A DNA stretch of 63,674 nucleotides, filler included, from Octopus bimaculoides (Eukaryota): the NCBI RefSeq assembly GCF_001194135.2. It is 6 parts of 6 records of this genome, joined end to end, with 100 filler letters (N's around TTAATTAATTAA, not from the genome) between each part and the next. Parts side by side here need not be neighbours in the genome. Positions count along the whole stretch, not along the records: positions 1 to 28,120 come from NC_068985.1; 5 more parts are not named here. The stretch is one strand, 5' to 3'. Below, piece by piece: positions 10,942 to 24,445 of this stretch. The position numbers were made by a program, and so were the translations under genes. A model generated the notes under the pieces. It did no database searches and was not told where the DNA came from. It saw only the letters and a program-made list of their open reading frames with translations. Within the stretch, counting starts at the first letter, position 1. Each line of letters opens with the position of its first letter.

Positions 10942-13900
10942 CTGGAAGATATAAAGGGATTAATATATAGTTGTTTTTTTCTTCTTGCATAACTTGTTGA
11001 GATATAAAGGAAAGATATGAAGGTATACCAATAGAGAAATGAAATGAATGTGGGATTCTGATGTGAGAACATTTTTAGTGAGAAGGAAAAACATTGCTTA
11101 GTTGTTAGAAGGAATATTATGGAAAGAAACTTAAATGAACACACACACATCGTCACCATCAACTTGTGCTTTTTTATGCGGCACCAGTGCTTTTTACATG
11201 GCACCAGCACCAGTACTAGTGTTTTTTATGTGACACCAGCACCCACACCAAAACTTTCATGTGATACATTGGTTTCAGGATCTCAATTCTAACACTTAAT
11301 AAATACACATGGACCCATTGTGTGGTAACTTGGACTGGTGCCTTCTACTATAGTCTCAGTTCATCCTAAGCCTTGTGAATGGATTTGGTAGACAAAATCT
11401 GAAAAATATTCGTTATATATGGATGTATGTATGTGCATATATGTGTGTTTGAGTGTACCCTTGTTTTGATATTATGTTGCGATTGCAGCATGCATCACAG
11501 ACATACAAGCAATAATGTTTGCTTCCAGCCCTTTGTGAAACAAGTCTGGGCATGATAAATATTAACTTGCTTTGATATAGAGGAGGGTTGATGGGAGGAA
11601 GAGCATCCAGCCATAGAAAATCTACTTCAGTGAACTCTGTCTGTAAAGCATAGAAAAGTGGACGTTAACTGATAATTATAATGATGACATATCTTTGTTT
11701 CAGTCAGACTGTGGCCATGCTGGTGCACAACCTTGAAAAATTTTAGTCAAATAGATCAACCCCAGTACTCATTATTTTTTAAAACTTGGTACTTAATCTA
11801 TTTGTGTCTCTTTTACTGAAGTGCTAGGTTATAGGAATGTAAATATACCAACACCAGTTGTCAAGGGATGATGGGGAACAAACACTGACACAAAAACATA
11901 AACACACCGATATATATATANNNNNNNNNNNNNNNNNNNNNNNNNNNNNNNNNNNNNNNNNNNNNNNNNNNNNNNNNNNNNNNNNNNNNNNNNNNNNNNN
12001 NNNNNNNNNNNNNNNNNNNNNNNNNNNNNNNNNNNNNNNNNNNNNNNNNNNNNNNNNNNNNNNNNNNNNNNNNNNNNNNNNNNNNNNNNNNNNNNNNNNN
12101 NNNNNNNNNNNNNNNNNNNNNNNNNNNNNNNNNNNNNNNNNNNNNNTGTGTGTGTGTGTGTGTGTGTGTATATAAGGGGTTTCTTTCAGTTTCCATCCAT
12201 CAAACCCACTTACAAGACTTGGGTCAGCTCTGAAGCTATAGTAAAAGACACTTGCCCAATGTGCTGAGTAGTAGAACTGAACTTAGAACCATGTAGTTGG
12301 GAAGCAAACTTCTTACCACACAGCCACACCTGTGTCACATTTATAAACATCCTCATCTGCATATAGCAGATGAGGATGTATTAATAAAGACTTTATTACA
12401 GAGGTTGATTTTTGTAGATAGTTGATCAATCAATCATCTTTATTTTTGACAGATCTTCCTTTCAGGATGAGTTACCCTCATGCTTTAACCAAAGAAGACA
12501 TCTATCTTCGAATTGAGAGAAAGAAGAATGCTAGAAAGAAAGATAGAAAGTCTAAAGAAATCCGGAGAGTGGATTAATGCAAAATTAGCACTGAGTGAAT
12601 GAGTGCACGATAGAATGAGTCACATAATACATTGGAACGTGAGTCAAAGAGTGGATATAAGGATGAGAGAAGCAGCAAGTGTGTGAGCAAGATATTGAGT
12701 GTAAGGAGAGAGGGAGAGAGAGAGAGAGAGGATTTGAGAATGAGTGTGCGAGTTAGTTATATGACATGAGAACAAAAAGAGTGTGTGTGGATGTGTGAGT
12801 GTGTGTTTGTGTTTATGTGTGTGGAGAGATTTAATTTGAGAACAAGAGAAGTAGAGAGTATGTGAAGGAATTATCCTGCATAAGAAGGAGAAATAGAGAG
12901 GGGTCAGTCAGAGAAAGGTGAGGAGGGAGGAGGAAGTAGAAATAGAGAAAGATTAAATAAAAACGAAACAAAGAAAGGAAAACAAATATAACAATAAAGA
13001 GTTGTGTTGATCAGGTTTAGGAGAACGAATGAAATTAAAAAGATTTTGCATATGAAAAGACCTTTTCCATCAGTGAAAATTCTAATCAATAAATAGAACA
13101 GGTTTTGTGAACATTACGATTCTCTTAAATATAATGGCACCAGAGTGGTTTGCTAATATCGGCAGGAATTCACCCAATTCAGCGACAAGTAGGAATTATC
13201 ACATAAACAATTTGATATCAATAAGAGCTTTTATGTAGAAGTTTCTATAAAAATTTTTATCACTTTGTAGCTTTGAAAATTGGCAATCGTTTTTAAGTAG
13301 AAGGGTTTAGTAGTAAGATTTCTAAATTTTACAGGTGTCTATCTATTGAAATATTGATGATACATACAAGCTATGTCTCATTTAAATATATCACAAAGAT
13401 CATCTATAGCTTTATATTCTTTATTCACATTGGTACAGTGTACTAACACCACCTTGGCATAACGCACAACATCCCACCACCAGCATCACGATTTCTGCCC
13501 AAGACACCACCCAACACTTTTGCACAAGACACTGTAAGCACCATTCTCTCCACAACATACTACCAATGCCACAAATAGTATATTACTACTACTATTAGTG
13601 ATACAAGCATTACAATATTATTACTTTCTCAAATCACACCACAATACAAATTCCACTACCTAATACCTTGTTATAATGCATCAACTCTACTGGATACAGA
13701 GCACTAACACCACCTTCATACAACATTCAACATCTAGCATGGAATGGAGGGAGCTTCTATATGACCATAAAACTGCTAAACATATCAGCTAGATTCCTTT
13801 CATTTTGTATTTTTGTGGTCTCAAAAATTACAAGACACACTGAAAATGTACCAGCAAAAAAAAAAAAAATAATCATTGTTGGAATGCCTCTGATTCTAAG

Positions 13901-14531
13901 TCTGTTTAATTGAGATAGATCTGGGCTTAAACAACAAAAACACATTATATATTCTCATCTTGATCATCTTAATGTTCACATTTCCATGCTTGCATGGGTT
14001 GGGCGGAATTTATTGATGCAAATTTTCTATGGCTGGGTGCCTTTCCTGTTGCCAATCCTTACCTGTTTCTAAGCAAGGTAATATTTCCCCATAGCCAGAC
14101 ATGCTCTTGCAAGATATTGGAAATGAATGACACTGCTTGTATGACAGTGACAATCATCTACAACTAACACAAACATATACATATACACACACACACATGA
14201 TGAGCTACTTTCAGTTTCTATTTACCAAATCCACTCACAAAGTTTTGGTCAGTCTTGGGTTACTGTAGAGATCACACCTCAAAGGTGCAATGCAGTGGGA
14301 CTGAACTTGGAACCATGTGGTTGGAAAGCAAATTTCTTACCACACTATTGCACATAGAATCACTGCCAGTACCAGTAACACACCACCATACTTCAAATGA
14401 TACCCCTCACAATACAAAACCATAATAAGGAAACGGCCATTTCTTTCATCTCAACTATGACAATGTTTTTAGATATATCTGTCTACATTCTAAGTAACTC
14501 AACTAAGAAGCTTATGCAAAATTATATTTCA

Positions 14532-15163
14532 TTAACTCTTCCTTACCATATTTCTTTGAAAATGCATTGCTTTTGATTCAGTTAATTTTGAAAATAATGA
14601 AGAACTTAGTGAAATAACTATGTCATTATTGAGATGGTGTTTGGAACATAAATTAACATGAAATACTGATGGAAGATTTTTAGATCATTTTAACCCTCTT
14701 GTTATTGCATTTATGTTGAAAAACACAGCCTTTGTCTCAATTAATTTTCAATATAAATAGGAACTTAATGAAATAACTGTCATTATTAAGCTTGTGTTTG
14801 AAGACAGTGAACTGGCAGAATTGTTAGCATGCTGACAAAATGCCTAGCAACATGTTGTTTGTCCTTATGTTCTGAGTTCAAACTTGACTGAGGTCAACTT
14901 CGCCTTTACACCTCCAAGGTTCGATAAAATAACACCAGTTGAATGCTGGGGTTGATGTACTCGATTAGATCCCATCTACTAAAACATTTCAGGCCTTGTG
15001 CCTATTGTAGGAAAGGTTCTTAAGTTTATGTTTGGAACATAAATTATCATAAATTAACATGAAATTTTGATGGAAGAAAGTTTTAATTTAGATCAGTTTT
15101 AAATCAGAAATTTGTGTCATAGAACCAAGGTGGTCTTAAGTGGGTTGGTTTCAAAAGCGTTAA
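14532..15163. mobile_element. piggyBac-like non-autonomous element with tandem ~155-bp internal units, interrupted by a SINE fragment (~14805-15020)
   Basis: Begins ttaactcttcc and ends caaaagcgttaa (TTAA-bounded). The unit ttaaccctt..ccatatttctgttgaaatacac..aattttgaaaataatgaagaa..ggaacataaattaacatgaaattttgatggaag recurs at 14531 and 14688. Confidence 0.6.
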
Positions 15164-16964
15164 ATACCTGTTACACACACACAAAATCATACATACATTC
15201 TCTCTCTTTCTGTCATTTAAACCAACAATATACATAAAGGCAAACACACATACACAATCAGACAGGATCGTAAATACAAGCACACACACTGGCTCTGGCT
15301 CACTTTCATGTTTGTGTGTGTGCATGCACACACACACAAATACAGGTTCCTTTACACACATGTAGATTCATATGAGAGAGAAAGAGAGAGAGAGAGAGAG
15401 GAAGTAATAGAAGATAGAAAGAGAGAGATGGGAAGTACTAGAGGACAGAAAGAGAGAGGGAGGAAGTGAGCGAGAGAGAGAGAGAGAGAAATAGAGAGAG
15501 TGAGAGAGAGAGAGAGAAATAGAGAGAGTGAGGGGGAGGTTCACCATAACTCTATCAAAAACTTTAAAAATTCACAAAAGAAGGGTCTGATGGAATGGTA
15601 GGGGCCAAGGTGGGTTGAATAATAAAGAATAGCAACAATAACACCAATTCCTAAAAAGTAAAAAAAAACAAACAAACCCTCCCTCCACCCCCTAACAACA
15701 CATTCTCTTATACTCCAATTCCACAACGTACATGTAAAAACCAATCCATCCCTTCTTTTACAAGTTCCACAAATCTCCCAAAAATCTCAACTACAATTCC
15801 TTGTTTCTACTGTTCTTTGTTTTCCCAAGATTTTCCCATGTCCAGGCTTACTTTTTAATTAATGGCAATGTCATTCTTTCTCTTTCTTGGAGGGATGGGA
15901 AGGCTGGCAGTCAGAGCTTTTTTGTTAGCCGAAGAATCATTCATTATGGCACTGACTTGGTGACTTGCATAAATAAACTGAGACAAACCATTTTTTTTTT
16001 CCCTACCACCATCACCAATCTTTTTTCGTTTTCTTTGTATTCTTTGATGAAATTTCAAGTCCTCACGACTAATATTTTGAAACTGTTAATTGAAGGTTTC
16101 TTCATCATCATCATTGCTGTTGCTGCCACCATCACCAACATTCCTATTTTAACATCCACTATTCCATGTATACATGATCCAGGCATAATTCTTTGAGGAA
16201 AGATTTTCTATGGCTGAATGCCTTTCCTGTCACTAACCCTCTCTCCTGTTTCCAGGTAAGATCATATTTCCCCCACAGCCAGACAAGCTTTCACAAACGA
16301 TGGACATTTACAACAATTGCATGACATCAAGACAAAGAAACATCAATATACGCCGCCAGCTCCCTCACCATGCACACACTGATACATACAGACACATGCA
16401 AGCACACAAACATACATACAGACTCACACATGCATATATGCATGATGCGCTTTGTGCAGCTTACGTCTACCAAATTTACTCAAAAAGCTTTAAGTGGCTC
16501 AGGGCTGTAATAGAACAGACTAGCCACCCGTGCAGTGGATTTGACCCTGAGACCATGTGGTTGGAAAACTAACATCATAACCACACAGCCAAATCTGAAG
16601 ATTTATGGAATTATTAAAATCATCAGTACATCAGAAAAAATGCTAAGCCTAGCAGCATTTATTCTGGTTCTTTAGATTCTCAATTCAAATTCCACTGAGG
16701 TGTGTTCTTTGCTTTTCATCCTTATGGGGTCAATAAAATAAAATAAAATAAAGTACCAGTCAAGTATAGAAGTTGATGTAATAGATTAGCGCTGATCCTC
16801 CAAATTTTATGCTGTGTCCTTGTATTTGAAATGTCTCATTTGTTACTACTACTACTACTACTTTTGTAACTGGCTTCTGTAACTTATTATTAATATGTCT
16901 GGTTCTTGAGTTAATATAAACAGAAATATCTATTATAACTACTAAAAAAGTAAAAAAGACCCCC

Positions 16965-17262
16965 TTCAGTCATAAATTACCATGGGATTGCACCTAGAAA
17001 GTTACCCTCCCAGGTTCAAGTCCGGGCAAGGTTGTTTATGGAAGACCACCAGTCACCCATGCATAGCAGCCTCCTGTCTCCATGCCACTGATGTTATCCA
17101 AGGAATAACATCAGTGGCTTGGAAAGGGGAGGCTGAATAGATTGGAACATTGTGTAATAAAGTGTCTTGCTCAAGAACACGACACACAGCCCAGTCCGGG
17201 AATTGAACCTACTACCTTATGATTGTGAGCCTGACGCTTTAACCACTGTGCCATGCACCTTC
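16965..17262 (-). mobile_element. tRNA-derived SINE with a gtgttcttgagcaagacacttt core; fragments at ~290-480, 9620-10060, 55020-55160
   Basis: Minus strand head gaaggtgcatggcacagtggttaaagcg..ggttcaattcccggactgg with A and B boxes. Confidence 0.75.
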
Positions 17263-18063
17263 AATTTATGACTACTGTTACCACAACAACCACTGTTATT
17301 ATAATGTCTGTCAGCCTTGTGGCAAATAAACAAAATTATCATCATCATCATTGTCATTATCATCAACACAACGAGTAGGCAGAATAATTAGTATGCCGGA
17401 CAAAAAGCTTTGCAGCTTTCCTTCTGACTTTGCATCCTGGTTTCAAATTCCACCGAAGTCTAATTTGCTTTTCATATCTTTTCAGGGTCAATAAAATAAA
17501 TACCAATCAAGTTCTAAGATTGATGAAGACAACTAGCCTCCTCCTCACCAAAATTCCAGGCCTGGTGCCAATAGTGGAAAGGATTGTCATTATCATAAAA
17601 AAAAAAAGCGACTTCATAACTATTATCATAAAATACTAAAGCAAGACAGTGTCATTATTTTGATTATTATTATTATTAGTCCCATTGGTTCTTGAATAAA
17701 ATTAAGAAATTTCTTTAACTACTACTACTACTACTACCATCACAACCCCCACTGTGACCATTGTCACCACCATCATCAATGCCTTTACTCAACAACATTA
17801 TAAATCACTACCATTCCATTTGCTTCATATTTTATTTAAGACGAACATTTTCCATTTTTTCTTTGGTTTTATTTCTGTTAATTTCTTTAAAGATACTATT
17901 TTTTTTTTTGTTGGCTTCATTTCTTTGTTTTTACTGACATTTCATTGTTTTTATTTACTTGCTGATTATACATAGATATATATGCACACACAAACACACA
18001 TATACATATAGACACACATACATATACATGTACACATTTCTATTATATATCTATGTTTGTGTG

Positions 18064-18097
<34 letters not shown>

Positions 18098-19065
18098 TAC
18101 ATATGCATATACGTACACACATACATATGCATATATGTGCATATATATANNNNNNNNNNNNNNNNNNNNNATATATATATATATATATATATATAGACAT
18201 ATTCTTCTCTATGCTATCTCACAGACAATTGGTTTCGCTTCCGTTAGTACATTAATGCTAAGATGATAAAGCTAGCCATAAATCTCGAAAATTCCCAAGG
18301 AGTTTTCTACAAATCCATTTAAGGAAACATTGCAGAAAACACCAAAAAAAAAAAAAAAAAAAAAAAGCAGCAAAAGAAGTGAGAGAAAGAAATCAGTTTC
18401 CAAAGATACATGAAGAATTGAGAGGAGGTGGGTGGAGAGAGAGAGAAAGAATGGGGGATGGGGGTGTTGTAGAGCTAAAGCTTTATTGGAGATTCTTGTT
18501 AACTGTTCTAACGATGGAAACGATCTCATTTACTTACACACTTCTTTCTTTTAGTCATTTTCTCTCATTCACAAGCACTAACCAATGGTTGATCAATGGT
18601 TGATCAATCTTACTGAGCTACAAAATGTGATCAGTGGGAACTGATTCAATTTTCTCCTCGGTACTAAAGAACGAGTTGTAGAATTAGAACTGTAAGGTAA
18701 GGAGATATAGCGGCAAGTTTTTATAGATTTATAGAAGGCATGGTTGTGTGGGTTAAGAAGTTTGCTTCACAACCATGTGGTATTTCAGAGGAGGACACTT
18801 GCCTAAGGTGCCACACATTGTGTTCAGTCCCAGTGTGTAGCACTTTAGGTAATTGTTTTTGTCTGCAATAGTTCCAGACTGACCAAAGCGTTGTGAGTGA
18901 ATTTGGAAGACAGAGACTGAAAGAAGTTTGTTGAGTAAATATATATTCATATACATATAGTCCACAATATTCTTTTTATTGATTTTACTACATAATGTAA
19001 GCCTTGTTGACACAGACCACCACCAGCTTCTTTAGAGTTTGATCACACACACATATATATATACA

Positions 19066-19277
19066 CCTCAGGCAAGGTGGCCAAGTTCCTTTCAAGTGGG
19101 TCTCATGGAGGCAAAGTGGCTGAGTTCCTTTTGAGTGTTGGGCCCTATGGAGGCAAAATGACTGAGCTCCTGGGCCTCATGGAGGCAAAGTTTCTGAGTT
19201 TCTTTCAAGTGCTAGGCCTCATAGAGGTGAGGTGGCTGAGTTCCTTTCGAGTGTTGGGCTTGATGGAGGCAATGACC
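19066..19277 (+). repeat. 42-bp minisatellite, about five units, fused to an RTE 3' end
   Basis: Units ggaggcaaagtggctgagttcctttcgagtgttgggcctcat at 19107, 19149 (32 bp, deleted), 19181 and 19223. Confidence 0.9.
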
Positions 19278-20280
19278 AAGACCTTTGGCATTATGTTGTG
19301 CCTGAGCAGAAGACCCATCAAGCTGAGCAAAATTGTAGTCATGGCAGATACCAGTGTTGTGTAAATGACACCTGCACCGGTGGCATGTAAAAGCACCCAT
19401 TACACTCTGGGAGTTGTTGGGATTAGGAAGGGCATCCAGCTGTAGAAAATCATGCCAAATCAGACTGGATCCTGGCGCAGCCTCCCAGTGTGCCAGCCCA
19501 GTCAAACCGTCCAACCCATGCCAGCATGGTCAATGGGCGTTAAATGATAATGATGATGATACTCACATACACACCCACATCTGTGTATGATTCCATAGAA
19601 CTTGTAGCATGTTGTACAAGCACTCAGTTCTGAGAAACAGTTGTAAGCTAATGAAGCTGATTGTTTAATTCCTGCCCTTTTGTCATTCCTTAATCATACG
19701 TGCATGTGTGTGTGTGTGTGCATATACATGCTCTAAATGCACCACTGGGTTGGAGAATAAAGATGGTGTCTGTGTTTGTTTGCACCTGCACAGTCACCTG
19801 AAATAATTAATAAAAGCATGATACATATTATGAAGCTGTACTCATTCATGGATGATAGCTGGCTCTTTTTCTTTTCTTTTTTTTTTTTTTTTGTAATATA
19901 GTAAGCATTAAAAATCTAATTAACTCCACACACAAATGCATTGATCAGCTAGTCTCACATGGTACAATTATCACATGAATCTTTCAGAACTGGACCTAAT
20001 ATCCAGCAAGCTCAGGACTGCAATTGTCTTGAATTTCAGGGTTTTCCAATTGTCTGGAGACAGCCTAAATATATCTTTTATTGTTTACTTGTTTCACTCA
20101 AATGTCTGTGGCTATTCTGGGGCACCACTTTGAAATGCTTTAGTTAAACAAATTGACCTCAGGCCATATGGCATTTTTTAAACCTGGTACTTGTGCCTCT
20201 TTTGACAAACCACTAAGTTACAAGGACATAAACGCACCAACACAGGTTGCCAAGTAGTGGTGAGGAGACATAGATGCAAA

Positions 20281-20318
<38 letters not shown>

Positions 20319-21250
20319 NNNNNNNNNNNNNNNNNNNNNNNNNNNNNNNNNNNNNACCAAATCCACTTACAAAGCTTTGCTTAGCCTGGGGCTATAGAAG
20401 ACACTTGTCCAAGTTACCATGCAGTGGGACTGAACTCAGAACAAGGTGGTTGGGAAGCATGTTTCTGACCACAGAGCCAGACCTGCACTATATATTCAAA
20501 ATATAAGATAAACTGTGGAAAGTAAAGAACTAAATTGTATTTAACAGATTCAAATTAATACATTTCTAAAGCAGGTTCTGTTTGATATCTATTAATCCGT
20601 TTAAAATTCTTAAAATATACCATACTGTACCATGTATACAGTATAATGTTTAAAGAATGGAAATTAATGAAGAAGAGTAAAGAACATGATTTTATTTAAC
20701 AGATACAGGTACAGATTAATACAATTCTAAAGCAGAATATGTTTAATCCTTATCAATTCTTTTTAAAATGAAAAAGAACACAACTACTATTTAACACACT
20801 GTATGCAAATCAACCGGCTTCAATACTGGGTTTGTTTACTCAATACAGGGTACTGTAAATTGCATAGTATTGCACAGTATTTCCGGATTTCTGGAAGCTA
20901 GATAAGAGGTTTGGTACTATATAATAATGTAGTTTGCATTCATTTTAAAGGAAGTGAGGAACTCTCTAATGTAAGGGAGGAAGCTCTAATCCGTTCTTCT
21001 ATCATTCATCTTTGTTCTATAACAAAATCATTACAGGACTGGACTTTTGACTTTGAAAATTTTCAACAGGATGTACAGCATGTTAGGAATTAAAAATACA
21101 GATGTAGTGGGTAAAAGAAAACATTAGCTCAATGACTAATATTTATGAACGATGGCCTAGCAAACTCAGTCATCCATGCCTCTTCTCTTTCTCTCTTTCT
21201 CTCCCCACACATGCAAACATGTGTGTATGCAAAAACAAATGAGCTGCTAT

Positions 21251-21301
21251 TGAAACCAGACAGGTGAAACCAGACAGGTGAAACCAGACAGGTGAAACCA
21301 G
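21251..21301 (+). repeat. 14-bp tandem repeat (tgaaaccagacagg)x3.6
   Basis: Directly visible. Confidence 0.95.
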
Positions 21302-21324
21302 CCTGGTGTATATTGTTCATAGCC

Positions 21325-22365
21325 TTTTAGGTTATTTACTGACTACAGCCAGGTGACTGTGTATATAAGCCCTTTTATTGCCATATTTGTGTTGAAAGAC
21401 ACTTTGTTTCAATTAATATTGAAAGTAATGAAGAATTTATTCAAATAACTTGTTGATATTAAGCTGGTATTGGGCGCATAAATTAGCATGAAATTTTGAG
21501 GGAAGGTTTAAAATGAGATCACTTTAAGCCTTTTGTTAACATATCACTGTTGAAATACATTGCCTCTGTTTTAATTCGTTAAAAAACAGTGAAGAATTTG
21601 ATAAAATAACTGTCATTAAGCTGGTGTTTGAAACATTATGTGAAATTTTGAAGGTTTTAATCTAGATCATTTTAACTATTTTGCTACCATATTTCTGTTG
21701 AAATACACCTACTTTAGTGGAGGCGCAATGGCCCAGTGGTTAGGGCGGCGGACTCGCGGTCATAGGATCGTGGTTTTGATTCCCAGACCGTGCGTTGTGG
21801 GCGTTTATTGAGCGAAAACACCTAAAAGCTCCACGAGGCTCCGGCAGGGGATGGTGGCGAACCCTGCTGTACTCTTCCACCACAACTTTCTCTCACTCTT
21901 ACTTCCTGTTTCTGTTGTATCTGTAATTCAAAAGGTCAGCCTTGTCACACTGTGTCACGCTGAATATTCCCGAGAACTACGTTAAGGGTACACGTGTCTG
22001 TGGAGTGCTCAGCCACTTGCACGTTAATTTCATGAGCAGGCTGTTCCGTTGATCAACTGGAACCCTCAACGTCGTAAGCGATGGAGTGCCAACAACAACA
22101 ACACTTACTTTGCTTCAATTAATTTTGAAAATAATAGAGAATTTTTTCAAATAACTTTGTTGTTATGAAGAAGTGCCTGGAACATAAATTAATATGAAAT
22201 TTTGATGGGAAGACTTAATTCAGGTCACTTTAACCCTTTCATTTCCATATTTCTGTTCCAATACACTGCTGTTGCTTCAATTAATTTTGAAAATAATGAA
22301 GAGTTTATTCAAATAATTTTGTTGTTATTAAGTTGGTGTTTAGAATACAAATTAACACACAAAAA
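21325..22365. repeat. Tandem array of the same ~150-bp AT-rich unit, split by a SINE insertion; single copy also at ~34060-34290
   Basis: Unit starts near 21367, 21523, 21671 and 22229; the unit at 21671 resumes after 22104. Confidence 0.8.
21717..22104 (+). mobile_element. Full-length young tRNA-derived SINE with (CAA)n tail
   Basis: A-box tggcccagtggttagg, B-box-like ggttttgattcc, body nearly identical to 60392-60692, tail caacaacaac, short tacttt duplication at the flanks. Confidence 0.9.
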
Positions 22366-22649
22366 AAATATCTGAACCTAAAGATCTAAACCTATCCTAA
22401 GCAACACAGAAAGCCTTACATTTGCAGGAGGTAATTTCAGTAAATGATTAGTACATCTTTTCATTTACTTGTTTAAGTCATTGGACCCGGCCGTGCTAGA
22501 GCATGGCCTTGAAGGCTGTTAGTCAATCAAATTGACCTTGTACTTATTCTATCAATCCCTTCTGCCAAACTGCAAATTTACAAGGATATAAACAAACCAA
22601 CCCTGTTTGCCAAGCAGTGGAAAGGGGGACAAACAGACACAAAGACACG

Positions 22650-22685
<36 letters not shown>

Positions 22686-23598
22686 CGTAGGTAAAGCAAA
22701 TTTTAGAGGTAATACTTGATAATTGCAAGCACCTGTATATGCCAGATAGTGGCTGGGGTGAGAGAATAAATTAAAAACGTAAAATGTAAATTAAAAACAT
22801 ATGTTTTTAATTNNNNNNNNNNNNNNNNNNNNNNNNNNNNNNNNNNNNNNNNNNNNNNNNNNNNNNNNNNNNNNNNNNNNNNNNNNNNNNNNNNNNNNNN
22901 NNNNNNNNNNNNNNNNNNNNNNNNNNNNNNNNNNNNNNNNNNNNNNNNNNNNNNNNNNNNNNNNNNNNNNNNNNNNNNNNNNNNNNNNNNNNNNNNNNNN
23001 NNNNNNNNNNNNNNNNNNNNNNNNNNNNNNNNNNNNNNNNNNNNNNNNNNNNNNNNNNNNNNNNNNNNNNNNNNNNNNNNNNNNNNNNNNNNNNNNNNNN
23101 NNNNNNNNNNNNNNNNNNNNNNNNNNNNNNNNNNNNNNNNNNNNNNNNNNNNNNNNNNNNNNNNNNNNNNNNNNNNNNNNNNNNNNNNNNNNNNNNNNNN
23201 NNNNNNNNNNNNNNNNNNNNNNNNNNNNNNNNNNNNNNNNNNNNNNNNNNNNNNNNNNNNNNNNNNNNNNNNNNNNNNNNNNNNNNNNNNNNNNNNNNNN
23301 NNNNNNNNNNNNNNNNNNNNNNNNNNNNNNNNNNNNNNNNNNNNNNNNNNNNNNNNNNNNNNNNNNNNNNNNNNNNNNNNNNNNNNNNNNNNNNNNNNNN
23401 NCCCCCCCCCACCACCACCACCGCCACCGCCACTACCATGAGCAAGAAGAAAAAGGTAGAACTTTTGAACAGGATCAATCAGTAATTGATGTGTTAAGTG
23501 TTAACAGGGGTCAATGGCCAATATTATCCACTGAATTATTGACCAGTTAGGGTTGTCTTTGTTTGAGTTGTTACCTGAGTAGGGTAGAACTGCTGATG

Positions 23599-23599
<1 letters not shown>

Positions 23600-23631
<32 letters not shown>

Positions 23632-23809
23632 TAAGAGAGGAGGGAGAGAGAAAGAGGAGAAAGCCAGAAAGGATGGAGAGGACAAAGGGAAGGAGACAAA
23701 GAAGAGGAGGATGAAGAGAGTGAGAGAGAGAGGTGAAAGGAGAGAGGGAGAGAGAGAGAAAGAGAGAGAGATAGAGAGGTGAAAGGAGAGAGAGAGAGAG
23801 AGAGGTGAA

Positions 23810-23842
<33 letters not shown>

Positions 23843-24135
23843 GAAAGGAGAGAGAGAGAGAGGTGAAAGGAGAGAGAGAGAGAGAGAGAGTCTGCTGTAT
23901 GTGTGTGATGGATAGGGCTGCTGAGAGGGAGAGATAGAGTACAATAGTGCTGCTGCTGTGTGTGTGTATGTGTGTGTGTGTGTGTGTGTAAGACAGAGGA
24001 GAAAGAGAGGATGGAGGAGAGAGAAAGAGAGGATAGAGGGAGAGAAAGTGAGAGAGTCTGTTGTTTGCATGAATATGAGAGTGCTGCTGTGAGAGAGGGG
24101 AAGGATGAGGGAGGGAGAGAGAGAGAGGGAGAAGG
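23600..24135. repeat. Compound (GT)n/(GA)n tract with recurring ggtgaaagg anchor
   Basis: ggtgaaagg appears five times between 23730 and 23870, separated by (AG)n of varying length. Confidence 0.9.
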
Positions 24136-24445
24136 AAATACAGACAGTCAGGGCCTGATTGCTTTGAGTAGTACTTAGTTTGCTCAGTTGTGGGGACTGG
24201 GATAATCGATCCCTTTGTACTGTTGTCCACCACCACCTTCTCCTCAGACTGAAAAGAACCCCCCCCCCACCATCACTCCAGTCTCACAGCATAATTCATT
24301 AATACTACCTGTCACTAATATCACTGTCAGAGAGACACCACCACCAAGGACATCACTGATATCCTAGACTGTTTCTACCATCATCAATACCACCATTACC
24401 GTCATCACCACCATGACCATAACTACCAGTTTCCATCTACGGCCT

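Noticed and set aside
18614-18689. AG/GT-bounded 76-nt minus-strand segment, one open frame SNSTTRSLVPRRKLNQFPLITFCSS
   Set aside because: Ends in phase 0 while the plexin exon needs phase 1, and no recognisable similarity; only RNA-seq could rescue it.
19066-22365. Regular repeats as a possible CRISPR array
   Set aside because: Eukaryotic context, contiguous units without unique spacers, no cas genes.
23438-23460. ccactaccATG AGC AAG AAG AAA AAG|gtagaa as a first exon
   Set aside because: Six codons beside a (CCA)n run and a gap, weak donor, CpG-poor context.
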